Source of the DNA: Octopus sinensis | Taxonomy: Eukaryota | Direction: 5' to 3' | Length of the DNA stretch: 64,000 nt | Assembly (NCBI RefSeq): GCF_006345805.1 | Contig: NC_043008.1 | Span: 28,706,001-28,770,000 of the forward strand | Shown: one piece after another, positions 41,560-53,546 of the stretch | How positions within the stretch are numbered: the stretch's first letter is position 1 | Layout: every line of letters begins with the position of its first letter | Position numbers and translations under genes: made by a program | The notes under the pieces: model-generated | The model's input: the letters and a program-made list of their open reading frames with translations, nothing else | Told to the model about the DNA's origin: nothing | Database searches by the model: none

Positions 41560-42200
41560 TCTGCTTCGAAATAATGTTGTTCTCCGAAGGTTGGATATCC
41601 CAACCGAAGTCCCCGATGGAACAAACAACCAGGAAAAATTACCATTCCATTCATCACAGTTTCATCATCTACCTCCCTGACTTTACACACCCTTATCCAC
41701 AACCAACAAACACTTGGACGGTAATCTCTCTTGGTTAAAAGAGATTTGTAACAACACAATGAACCAGATTATTGAACAACCTGTCACAGAGGATTTCCTG
41801 TCCTCCTCTCCGCTTTGCTAAGCATTACGGACGCGAGAAAACCGATGCGTAGTTCTATAAAAAGAGCTGCAAACCAGACCACTTCAGTCACCAATTTCCT
41901 AGAGATTTTTGGAACCATCAGTAATACCCAGTGCCATAACTAACACTCTTCACGGCTGCAAGTTAGATATACATGCAAAGAAGTATTACTCGTACTGTCA
42001 CATCCCGAGGATTTCTCTGTATGATCAGTAGACTCCCGTTGCTATTCGTAATGTCATTTGCAAGGAAGGTCTCAATACATTACTGGCCTGCTCAAGATTA
42101 TCCATGTGTAGGAACCTATCACGAATATATCTCACGCAGCTGAACAACTCTGAACGAAAGAGATCTGTTGCTATCAGTTACGTGAGCAATTGCCTCTAGA
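41560..42200 (-). mobile_element. Possible Tx1/L1-like ORF2 C-terminal remnant
   Basis: Broken frames with weak similarity to Tx1-type C-termini (…RDYRPSVCWLWIRVCKV…); not diagnostic. Confidence 0.3.
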
Positions 42201-42579
42201 AATATATATTGTTTACCAGTACAGTATTTAATCAGGAGTAAGGCCCTATTGTCCGACTCAAGGAACAACATATTACAAACATATATTTCACAAGCTCGAA
42301 CTCAAATGCGGTAGAAATACCAACGAGATTAATACTTTCATATTGACCACGGAGAGAAATAAAGGTAATCTCTGTACCATGGAATAATTGTTGATCCACA
42401 CGCTTAACCTAATGATCAATAATCGACCGAAGTTAGATCCTATAAATTACAACTCTTTCGCTTCTTCAACGCTGCCCCGGACACCATCACTACCACTACG
42501 ACGATTCTATATTTAAGAGATGAGGAATTATGTACGTTATTTACATTTTTACAATTGACGGATATTTGTCCCCATCTTG

Positions 42580-42700
42580 TTTGTTGTTAACACAACGTTT
42601 TGGCTGATATACCCTCCAGCCTTCATGATGTGTCTTGAGGAAATTTCGAACCTGAGGAAGGCTGGAAGGAACATCAGCCGAAATGTTGTGTTAACAACAA
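42580..42700. mobile_element. Short foldback of a pLTR end with a hammerhead-like motif in each arm
   Basis: Plus: CTGAGGA-A-GGCTG-GAAGGAACAT-CAGCC-GAAA-TG-TT-GTGT (42652-42691). Minus 42590-42634: ACAC-ATCATGA-A-GGCTG...CAGCC-AAAA-CG-TT-GTGT. Confidence 0.7.
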
Positions 42701-43186
42701 GTATCCGCTAATTGTAAATAATGTAAATAATGCACTACAAAGATGATTGATATTGTTGCTTTCCAGTGCTATATTCGCCGCTGTCCCGAAGGAGACCATT
42801 GTTAGTACGACGATGATTGTTGTTTTTGCCTGCCATTATACTTTCGTTGAATATTACAAATATTGGTATCAACGACTACTACCACGTCATATAGTATTAC
42901 TGAAAACTACGCTAATATAGACAATCATCTTCATCATGGCTGATAAACTACAGCTAGGAATCAACCAACCCACCAAGACCACTACGGCCAACGCAAAAAG
43001 ATTTTTAGGGAATTACAGGTGCTAAAACGCTTCTCAGACAAACCGTATTCAACGACCGATTGACAATCTAAATAGCAGGATCTACCTAAAATCACGTTTC
43101 TTAAGAGATAACTGGCTTCTGTGCCTCAAGTGCATGAACGCCCTTCAATTTCCCTATTTGAATTGTTAGTGGTTCTCCTCTTATTT

Positions 43187-43269
<83 letters not shown>

Positions 43270-43489
43270 TATGGTTGTATGTATGTATAAATATATATAT
43301 GTACACACAGACACACATACGTACATAAATGTCTCTGTCTCCATCTCTCTCTTTCTCCACACACACACACATATACACATATACATATAAACACACACAT
43401 ATTGTTTTATTCATTATACAACAGTTGTGCAAGCCACCTTGAAGAATTAATTTTTAATTGAGTGAATCGACCCAAATCCTATATTTTTA

Positions 43490-43775
43490 AGCCTGGTATT
43501 TCTTCTATGTGCCTTTTTTTACCAAACCGTTGGTAAAATGAGGGCGTAAACACACTAACACTGGATGTCAGGCATTAATGAGGGACAGAAATAAACACAG
43601 AGACACACCCACACATATGATGGTCTTTATTCAGTTTCTCTCTACCAAATTCACTCACAAAGCTTTGATCGGCACGAGGCTATAGTAGAATACACGTCCC
43701 CATGCTGCCATGCAAAGGGACTGAACCCGGGACCATGTTGTTGACAACCATGTTCCTTGCCATACAGCCACTTAT
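43490..43775 (-). mobile_element. tRNA-derived SINE (second family; also 62660-62820 minus)
   Basis: Head GTGGCTGTATGG (A-box-like) and GGGTTCAGTCCC (B-box-like); aligns with the 62660-62820 copy. Confidence 0.8.
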
Positions 43776-43985
43776 GTAGATATATATTTCTATCTGTGCA
43801 AATTTAATAGATGATGCTTCATTGACCACAACCAATCCTAATTATATATATTTCATTGTCTTTTTTCGTGGAGATACATGAAATTGTTTGAATAGGCATT
43901 ATAGCTTTTAGATTTAAGTAATTGATTATGATGCATGGCATTTCCACTTGTTGGTTTACAGCAAAGTAAACTGTCTCTCACTGCA

Positions 43986-44045
<60 letters not shown>

Positions 44046-45499
44046 CCGTACTTTCTTCCTTCTGTCTCTAACTCATTCTCTGTGGATTGTTATACTGCAG
44101 ATTATAATGACATTACAAATCTTGAATATAGTGTTCTGATATATATTTGTACCTGTTCTATTATGGAGATATTTCTAATCTTGACTTCGTTTTATGCAAA
44201 ATCAAATGAAACATTTGTCATGGTTGGAGACATATATTTTGTAGTTCAATAGTGGATGGCCTTATCAAAAATGTGTCTTCTGTGGGTATCCCACTAATAC
44301 TCTGCAGGTAAATAATATAATCTTAATCCTTTTATATCCTTCATAGCTTCAGTTGAAAAGTATTTGGCCATAAGACGCATTGAAATGTAATCCCGTGCCA
44401 ACATTTGGATCAGTGTTTGGATTCAGAGCTACAGAATTATCCTGGATATCGTACAATTTAGTTTTGATTGGTAGTAAAGTACACGATCATCTTCATACGA
44501 AATTCTCATTCTGTAGGTAAAAGTTTACTTTCGACCCTTACAATTTGAAATGCTTTTCACTCATTTTGGTTACAACAAACGCCTCTTACATCAGTATTTC
44601 TTTTGCTTTTATTAATAGTGTTTTATTAATTTTACACAAACAACATTTTGTATGTTTCCGTTATTGCGTTTACGTTTTTGGTTTCAAATATTCTTTATGC
44701 GTTGACACAATTTTTGCTGTCTTGGGATGTCTTGGAAGAGTATTTCTGCAAATAATAACAACGCACGCACAGGGCAAGTAGATAGGTAGGTGTTTGGGCA
44801 GGCTCATAGATAAATGGATAGTTAGGATGTTAGGATTGCTGAGAGTTAGATTGGTAGAACAAACAGTTAAGTAGCTACATAGGTAGGTATGTCTTTAGGT
44901 AGGAAGACGGACAGATAGGTAAAATGTTAGGTAGGTAGGTAGATAGATAGATAAATAAATAGATAGATATGGGAATATATGCACATATAGAAGACATAGA
45001 ATGTAGGATTAGAAAAACAGAAGGCAGACAGGCGCATACAAACACACATAGCCCGTACCAAGTTATTGGATAATGTGTACATTTCCATTTCACATTCACG
45101 TACATTTACCTGCACATATTGGCAGAAATGCACGCACAAGCAGTCGTATACAAATGCATAGGAACACGCACATATACAGGGGCACAAAATACACACATAC
45201 ACATATCGGCCTTGTACCCATACGCACATGCAAGCACAGAAACATACGTAAGGGCATGCGCCCACGCTCACTCACAAACAAAAACGCACACGCCCAAGCA
45301 GTTAGACAAACGTATACACACAACTGCACACACACAAGCACACACACGTACAAACATAAACACAGACTTTTCCTTCATTGCCACACTTACAACCTTTTCC
45401 AAACTACACTTATTTACACATACAGAGAAGTACCCATACACACAGGCATTAGAAGAAATCTCGAGAGATAGCACCCTTCAAAATAAGCTGCCGAATCAC

Positions 45500-45539
45500 A
45501 GTCACTGAAGAGGTTGCGAGGAGCAACGAAACGTTGACT
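45500..45539 (+). ncRNA. Minimal hammerhead-like motif
   Basis: AGTCA / CTGAAGA / G / GTTGC-GAGGA-GCAAC / GAAA-CG-T / TGACT. Either N17 is missing or stem I has an A bulge. Confidence 0.6.
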
Positions 45540-46424
45540 AACAAAGATAAAAGAACGAAATGATTGACTGTTTAACCAACAAGTAATGGTCTGATCGATT
45601 AATAAGTTGGATCGATATTTACCCAATTAACAAATAATAAAGAAGTGGAATTGAATCAGTGCATGTCCTTTATTATTGGCACAACAAAATTTCTGTAGCG
45701 TCTTGGTGAATATGTTTATAATTTTATTGAAATGAACATTTTGAAGATGCATAATTGCCGTAAGATTTTTCTTTGTTATCGTCCTGTTAAATGTAATCTT
45801 TTTGGTTCCAGATAGTTGGTAGTGTATTCTAAAAGTAATCAAAATTAAGCTTTGCCTTTGATTTCTCTCATCTAATTAATATTAACTAGATGGACCCTTG
45901 AAAAATTCACAGAAGATATTTAAAATGTAAGCATCTGTAAATTGTGTGCTGGTGCCATGAGAAATAATTCTATATTGTGACACTTATAGAATATAGAAAG
46001 AAGTGTAAACCAATAACTATATAATCCAACCAAAATATCTCAGTTAAGCAAATGTAAACAGAATTACTATTTAGCCTTAAATACATCGGACATATTCAAA
46101 GAACCTCTTTGGCGTAGTGGTACGGAACGCTCTTCAGGTAATATTTATTCTTTTACATATTTCACCCAATTGACGGTGGCCATCCTGGAGCACTGCACTT
46201 TAGTCCTGTTGTTAAGCAATGGTGGTGGGGCGCCAAACCCGGACACAAACACACACACATTTATACACACACATACACATATCTATATGTATATAATGGG
46301 ATAATTACTATTAAGCATTGTGTAGAATATATTGTATAATGAATCGTGAGTAAGGCCAAAATAATACGAATTAAATGCAAGGTAAATGACAAGAAAATGT
46401 GTAAATAAATATAGGCTTACCTAG

Positions 46425-46641
46425 TATTCAGTATTTCGGGGTTATGACCCCATTTTCAACTAATAGACGAATGTTGTCGATGTGTGGAGTGGACATGCAC
46501 GGAAAGGTGTTGCTATAGCAACCAGCGAGCTCCTGAAACTGTCATCTGTTGTTGGTCTTGGGTTTCTTTTAGTGTACACGCACATCGGCAGCATTCGTCT
46601 ATTTCTTAATAATGGGGTTATAACTCCCGAAATATTGAATA
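46425..46641. mobile_element. Small foldback element with degenerate U3:A8 hammerheads at both ends
   Basis: ~62-bp imperfect inverted arms. Left arm (minus): TTGAAAA-T-GGGGT-CATA-ACCCC-GAAA-TA-CT-GAATA. Right arm (plus): TTAATAA-T-GGGG...TCCC-GAAA-TA-TT-GAATA. Confidence 0.65.
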
Positions 46642-46728
46642 CAATGTAAGTCAACAATAATTCACATATTTATTATGATTTACCTTGCATTTACTTCGTA
46701 TTGTCTTGGCCTTACCCACGATTATTGC

Positions 46729-46775
<47 letters not shown>

Positions 46776-46852
46776 GAGATGTGTGTGTATATTCGCTATT
46801 TCGCGCGAAAACAGCTTTACTAATTGCTCCCATACTTCTGATGCATGAATAA

Positions 46853-47460
46853 CACTGTGCAACAAATTTCAGGTTAAAAAAAAGTACAAGTTAAGTAAGA
46901 CTTGTTTCTGGGTCAAAAAATTGTCCTGATTCTGATTCTGAACTTTACTTCTCCAGATTAGGCACCGTTTTCCTGTAGCATGAACCATATTTTTTTTATA
47001 ATTTACTGCATAATATTGCGTATTGAACACAACATTGTAAATATTGAAAGTTACAAAAAACAAAAGAAAATTTTAGTTGGTATAACAAAACACATATGGG
47101 TTATGAATTAAAAACACACCTGTCAGTTTAAACAACTTTTGTCCTTCTAAGCCTCTTTTGCAGAGTGTGATCTTCTTTTATACCTCAGCAGTAGTCTGCC
47201 AACATGCCAGGGTTCCATCTTCCTTTGAATCGTCACTCCATCACTGAAATATCCTGACAGAATCTTTCGCCATGTTTATCACTCACATCACCAAGATTTT
47301 CCGCAAAAAATTCAAATGAGAGTGAAGCACATGAACTTTTAGAGTTTGTTACATCCCATATCATGGTAATGACTCCGCAGATCATTCACAACTTGTCTTC
47401 TGAACGATGATTGCCCAGGAAGTTATCGCAAACTTTCTTGAATGACTCAAAGGCAAGCTT
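46853..47460 (-). mobile_element. Chapaev3/CMC-like DNA transposon 3' fragment
   Basis: FKKVCDNFLGN...FFAENLGDVSDKHGERFCQDISVME.RFKGRWNPGMLADYC. The terminus reads TAA|CACTG on the plus strand. Family assignment is from remembered motif similarity. Confidence 0.7.
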
Positions 47461-47632
47461 CTCTTTCCTCTTTTCTCTTCTTCTTCTTCTTCTTCTTCTT
47501 CTTCTTCTTCTTCTTCTTCTTCTTCTTCTCTTCTTCTTCTTCTTCTTCTTCTTCTTCTTCTTCTTCTTCTTCTTTTCTTCTTCTTCTTCGTCTTCTTCTT
47601 CTTCTTCTCCTTCTTCCTCTTCTTCTTCTTCA
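47460..47632. repeat. (TTC)n microsatellite
   Basis: Direct. Confidence 0.95.
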
Positions 47633-47639
47633 TATTTGT

Positions 47640-49065
47640 TAGGTGGCATGATTTCTTGTTTGTATTTGTCAGCTTCCTTAAATACTGAGAACAGTTTTTT
47701 GCTTTGCTCGTGTTTTTCATGGCTAGGGTTTCGAGAATCCATGTGTGGTGGATGCTATCAAACGCCTTTTTGTAGTCGATCCAGGCCATATTAAGGCCTT
47801 TCTTCTTTCTGTGGCTGTCTTCAGTTATGGCTTTATTGATCATTAGTTGATCTTTACAGCCATACGAGCCTTTGCGGCATCCTTTCTACTCTTCTGGAAA
47901 CAGGTTGTTTTCGTCCAGGTGCTTGTTCAATATTTGCGATATTACTACAGTAAATGATTTGTACATTGTAGGGAGACAGCTTATAGGTCTGTAGTTTTCT
48001 GGTTTTGCTGTCTCATTTGATTATGGAATTAAGATGGTTTTCCCCTTCATGAGCCAATGGGGCATTGTCTCTGGCTCTGCCAGTATTTTGTTAAAATTTT
48101 CAGCCAGCTTTTTGTGCATTCCTGTTAGATATTTCAACCAGAAGTTGGGGATCTTGTCATGCCCAGGTGCCTTCCAATTGCTTAGTCTTTGCAGTGCATG
48201 GGTGACCTTTTCAGTTGCTATGGGGGTCCAAAGTTGCTCAGATGCTGAGTTTGTTGTTTTAATATTCCTTTCTTTTGGTTGTTCATTCGCCGACCATATT
48301 TCTCTCCAGTATTCTTCCACTTCTGCCGTTGGTGCTGCAGTGATTTCTATTTTATTCTTGCCCAGTTCTTGGTAGAACGTTTTGGGGTTGGAGTTGAACT
48401 CTTTGTTTTGTTCAAAGAAACGTTGGCGTTTCTCGTACCGGCGGATCCTTTGTGCTTTGGCAAGGATATCTTGCTTCAGGTTTTCTTTTATCTCAGGTAA
48501 ATCTTTTTCTGTGGTGTGGTATTTGCGGAATATTTTTGTTTTCTTTTTGTTACTCAGTAGCGTTGATTGTCTACTGATTTCATTAAGAATCGACAGATCG
48601 TTTCTCATTTTTTGTATTTTGTTTTGGATGTTATTTATCCACAGAGTTTGTTTGGGTGGTGGTACTCCTGTTTGGATGTGTTTGAATGAGTATCCAGCTT
48701 CTTTTGTGGCTGCAGTGGCTGCTGCATTTAGCTCAGTGATATCGCTTTTTGTTTCACTGGCTATTAGTTCCGTGACGGCTAGATATATGCTGTTTATAAT
48801 TGATGTTGTTGTTTTGGGAGGTATGGTCGGTGGTCCATTTTGAGCTCTGTGGTTTTCAGTTCTTTGATTATTCTTCTTTTTATAGTTTCATAATCATTAG
48901 GCTTCCCTTCGTTGTTTCCAGGTTTTAGTTTTGTGTCGCTTTCTATCTCATCCGTACGTTTGTTTGTCGTGTTTTGGCTTGCTGTTTGTCGTATATTATT
49001 ATGTATCCTTACGGTCTGGTTTTGTTGTTTTTTGTTTACATCGTTTTTGTTGGGAATGTTACGTT
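47640..49065 (-). mobile_element. Dong/R4-clade non-LTR element (N-terminal region plus RT domains 0-3)
   Basis: AKAQRIRRYEKR, YWREIW, SNWKAPGHDKIPNFWLK, NYRPISCLPTMYK, KDQLMINK, MAWIDYKKAFDSIHHTWI. The RT part runs in one frame with two in-frame stops. Abuts (TTA)n at 49070. Confidence 0.9.
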
Positions 49066-49069
49066 TCTC

Positions 49070-49103
<34 letters not shown>

Positions 49104-49303
49104 GTTTATGTTGTTGTTGTTGTTGTTATTATTATTATTATTATTATTATTTTGTATTAAGAATTCCGAATTGATTTCCCAATTAAAGAATAAACTTTAC
49201 CCCAATTGAAAAATAAATTGTATACAGCATATTTTGCTTTTTTCTTGGGATGCATAAGAAAAAAAGTATTCCCGGCTATGCCCGGTGTTTCTGCTACTAT
49301 ATA

Positions 49304-50400
49304 CAAGGGGTGTGTGAAAAGACTTCAACCTCAAAAATGCAAAACATGGTACAAGACTTTTATTTTTCAATATAGTCCCCCTTTCCATTATCTCGGCGTA
49401 GAAGAACTCTTGTGTTTGAGACTCCAAGAAACTTCCTACAGCGTCTATGAAGTTATTATCACTGGCAAAATGGCGACCAGCCAGGGCTTTTTTCGTTTTG
49501 GGGAATATAGGAAAGTCAGAGAGGGCTAATTCTGGCGAATAAGACCGATGGGGAACTAGTTCGTATCCACAATCACCAATTGTTGCCATGGCAACCACTG
49601 AGTTGTGAGCTGGAGCATTGTTGTGATGAAAAAGGCCTCCCGTGGTGAGCACTGATGGCCTTTTTTTATTGCTTCTTGTAGGCGTTTCAGTAGCTGAGAA
49701 TAATACAGCCCTGTCACAATGTGTCACTTTACAAGGTAACCGATCAGCAAGACACATTGAAAATCCCCAAAAACAGACACCATGACGTTGCCAGCTGAAG
49801 GAATAAGACTGGCCTCCTTTGGGATAGGAGAAGATGTGTGCTTCCACTATTTTGATTGTTCTTTGGTTTCAGGCTTGTAGTGATGAACCCATCTTTCGTC
49901 CATAGTAATAGAACGAGCAAGAAAATTATCGGCTTCAAACATTTCCAGATTGCTCGTGGACAAAGTCCACCTAGTGCATTTCTGTTCAGGAGTCAAACGG
50001 TGAGGGACCAACCTTGCGGAAACCTTTGAGAACCCAAGTTCTTTTGTCACAATGTTGTCTGCTCTGTCATTTGAGATGCCCAGTCTCTCGGCTATCTGAC
50101 GACATTATATATGGCGATATTGCATTATCATACCAGGAGCAAGGTCAATGTTGTCCTTGGTGGTTGCAGTTGGAGGTCTCCCTTGTCTGGGATCATCTTC
50201 CACACTCTCCTTTTCCACGCTTGAATTCATTTATCCAGCGTCTAACTGTTGTATATGCTATGGAGTCATGCCTTTCAAATGAAGGTACCTTTTGATAGTG
50301 TAATACTCAGTTCTCTCCATTTTCGTTGTTACTTCGATACTTGTTTATTCAAAACCTACAAGAAAAAAATATCAGAATCATGAAATTGATCAAGAATACT
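49304..50400 (-). mobile_element. Decayed mariner transposon
   Basis: MERTEY...LKGMTP, RRWINEFKRGR, KVSARLVPHRLT, ITMDERWVHHYKPETKEQS, HHNNAPAH...YELVPHRSYSPELALSDF. One TIR (TA|CAAGGGGTGTG) at 49304; the other was not found. Confidence 0.9.
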
Positions 50401-50557
50401 CTGAAAAGACTGTATTTACCAAAAAGAATTTATTTCTTCCTCTTCTACTTCTTTTTCTTCTTCTTCGTCGTCGTCGTCGTCGTTTTCTTCTTCTTCCTCT
50501 TCTTCTTCTTCCTCTTCTTCTTCTACTTCTTCTTCTTCTTCTTCTCTTCTTCTTCTT

Positions 50558-50588
<31 letters not shown>

Positions 50589-50591
50589 TTA

Positions 50592-50667
<76 letters not shown>

Positions 50668-50689
50668 TCCTTCTTAGGTGTTAGGTGTT

Positions 50690-51890
50690 AGGTAGTATGT
50701 TTTCTTGTTATACTTGTCTGCTTCTTTAAAGATTGAAAACATGTTTTTCTTTATTCGTGTTTTATGTTTATTTTATTAGTTTTCTTTGCTTCTGAAGTAG
50801 GTATTTTTAAAGTAATTTTGAAATAGTTTTCTAGCTGTATAAAGTCTCTACCACCTTCTATTTTTGTATATATATGCTTTCTAAAACAGATTTTGGGTGG
50901 TGCATCCTAAATCCTGTCATTATTTGTCTTGTTTTTCTTTCTATTTTGGTTAGTTCATTTAGAGTCCACTTGAGGATATTATAGCTGTGACTTATACCTA
51001 GCACGGCTAGAGTGTTGTTGCCGATTATCTTGTTTTATGCATTGAACTCTGCTTTTAGTATTAATCTAACTCGCCTATAGTATTCTTTTTTATTTTCTCT
51101 TTCATTTGTAGTGTTGTATCGTGTCTAGTTCATTGATTCCTGAATACTTGTATGTCTGGCTTTGGTCTTATTCTCTTATTTCATTTCCTTTATCTAGTGT
51201 GATATTGCTACTATTAACTAGTTTTCGTCCTTTTAAGTTTGCTTTGGCAGAATTTTCTAAGCCAAATTTCATATTATTTCTTTGGTAAATCCGTGTACTA
51301 TCTGTAGTAATGTTCCAGCTGTTTATCATTTAGTGTACAGTTTTAGGTCATCTATATATAAGGAGTGGCAGATTGTTTTGCCGTAACAATCGTATCCGCA
51401 TCCAGTTCTGTTTTAGCATGTCAGATAAAGGTGCTAGTGCCAAGCAGAAAAAGGATTGGAGAGAGCATCCCTGGAATGTTCCTCTTCTAATGGGGATGGC
51501 TTTGGTTTTTATGAACCCCTCATTTGTTTGGAACTGTAGCTCTGTCTGCCATTTTGTGATAGGGTTTCTTTTGTTATTTTTATGATTATTGGTACTACCT
51601 TGTTCGTGGAGAGTATTTCAAGAATCCTTCTGTGGGGGATGCTATCAAATGCTTTTCGATAGTCGAACCAGGCCATACTTAGGCCTTATTCTTGCTGTGG
51701 CTGTGCTCAATTATGGCTTTATTGATAATTAGTTGATCTTTACAGCCGTATGAACCTTTGCAGCAACCCTTCTGCTCTTCTTGAAACAGGTTGTTTGCTT
51801 GCAGATTCTTGCTCAATATCTGCGATATCATTGCAGTGAAGGCTTTGCAAATTGTAGCGGAACACGTTATCGGTCTGAAATTGTGTGGGT
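50690..51890 (-). mobile_element. Dong/R4-clade RT fragment (decayed)
   Basis: GCCKGSYGCKDQLIINKAII, YIDDLKLYTK, MKFGLE, GGRDFIQLE; flanked by (TTA)n on both sides. Confidence 0.85.
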
Positions 51891-51943
51891 TTCATCATCA
51901 TCGTCATTATTATTATTATTATATTATTATTATTATTATTATC

Positions 51944-51983
<40 letters not shown>

Positions 51984-51988
51984 TCATT

Positions 51989-52029
<41 letters not shown>

Positions 52030-52128
52030 ATTATATTATTATTATTATTAACAACAACAACAATAATAATAATAATATAATAATAATAATAATAATAATA
52101 ATATAATAATAATAATATAATAATAATA

Positions 52129-52590
52129 ATGATAATAATAATAAAACACACAGATAGAGAAATTAAGGCCAACAGACCAGATATAGTTGTCAGAGACCAT
52201 GAAGAAAAAAAATGCTTTCTAATTGATGTATCAATACCGGCTGATGACAACGTGTCTCTAAAAGAAATGGAGAAACTCTCAAAATACAAAGACCTGGAAA
52301 TAGAGGTAACTAGAATGTGGAATCTGAAAACTGAAACAATTCCTATCATAGTAGGTGCATTAGGCATGATAAAAAAATATTCAGACCAATACATAACAAA
52401 AACACCAGGATTTACAAACACATATAACATACAGAAAATTGCACTACTAGGCACTGCACACATCCTACGCAGAACACTTTCCATACAATAACCATCAGAG
52501 CATCACAACAAATCACAGCACATACCCAAGGCACACAGAGCTGCGCTCGGTAGTGAAGTGAAAGCACGCTATAAAAATAAAACTACTGAA
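52129..52590 (+). mobile_element. Dong/R4 3' fragment: restriction-like endonuclease plus 3' UTR and (TAA)n
   Basis: ANRPDIVV...FLIDVSIP...KEMEKLSKYKDLEIE...IVGALG...LLGTAHILRRTL, an open 120-aa frame. Confidence 0.92.
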
Positions 52591-52624
52591 TAATAATAAT
52601 AATAATATTAATGATAATAATAAT

Positions 52625-53378
52625 GTGTATGCCAACAAGAAGATGAAACCATTGATCATGTTGTCTCCAAGTTCAGTCTTCTTGCGCCTACAGAGTATCT
52701 CAACAGGCATGATAGATCTGCACAATATATTCACTGGGTAATTTGCAAAAACATGAAATTGCTCCATGAAAAAACTGGTGGGAACACAAACCACCTCCAG
52801 TGCTTGAAAATGCCCACATCTCACTCCTCTGAAACGTCACCATTCAAACTGACAGAATGATAGATGCAAATAGGCCATACATCATATTGAAAGACTTCAG
52901 ACAAAGAACATGCCTCCTCATTGATATGGTTGTCCCAATCGATAAACGTATCTGTCAAGACCTACCAAAAATTGAGCAAATATAAAGATCTTGAAATAGA
53001 AATCAGCAAAATGTGGAACCTGAAGACTACAAAATTACCTTTTTTCATAGGTGCTCTGTGAATGATAGCAAAAGGGGCTAATTGCTACCTAATTCAGATA
53101 CCAAGAAACCCAAATTGGAAGAAATTCAAAAGATAGTGCTCATGGGAACTGCTCATATCCTACGCAAAATACTTTCTATGTAATCTCAAGTTTTAAAACA
53201 AGCATAATTTTCGTATGTTTTTTTTTTAGACATTCACTAGTACAACACTCAGTACAAAAGCAAATATATGGCACCCTAGGCATAACACAAATATGAACTT
53301 CCAACTTGTTGTCTCTTGAGGTCTCTGGGTGAGACTTGGAGCCAACTTGTACAAATGTAAAGCAAAAGTCAAGCATAA

Positions 53379-53420
<42 letters not shown>
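52625..53420 (+). mobile_element. Second Dong/R4 3' fragment (Zn knuckle plus RLE, decayed) with (TAA)n tail
   Basis: ETIDHVVS...YLNRHD...IHWVIC, DRMIDANRP, LIDM, KLSKYKDLEIEI; 3' UTR is shared with 27455-27640. Confidence 0.88.
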
Positions 53421-53421
<1 letters not shown>

Positions 53422-53503
53422 TTTTAAAAAGGATTGACGTGGCTCTTCACAAAGTAAACAGCCAAGACAAAGAGAGCGATTCGATTGTAAGATATTTTAT
53501 CAG

Positions 53504-53546
53504 TTGAACGATATTTCAACAGTACCTCTGTCTTTGTCAAGTTCAA
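53504..53546 (-). ncRNA. Minimal hammerhead motif, U3:A8 variant, at the Penelope 3' end
   Basis: TTGAAC / TTGACAA / A / GACAG-AGGTA-CTGTT / GAAA-TA-TC / GTTCAA: perfect 6-bp stem I and palindromic AUAU helix III. Predicted cleavage after C at 53510. Confidence 0.75.

Noticed and set aside
47382-47843. Poly-Lys/Arg/Glu ORFs
   Set aside because: Chimera of Dong RT, (GAA)n and a Chapaev-like fragment.
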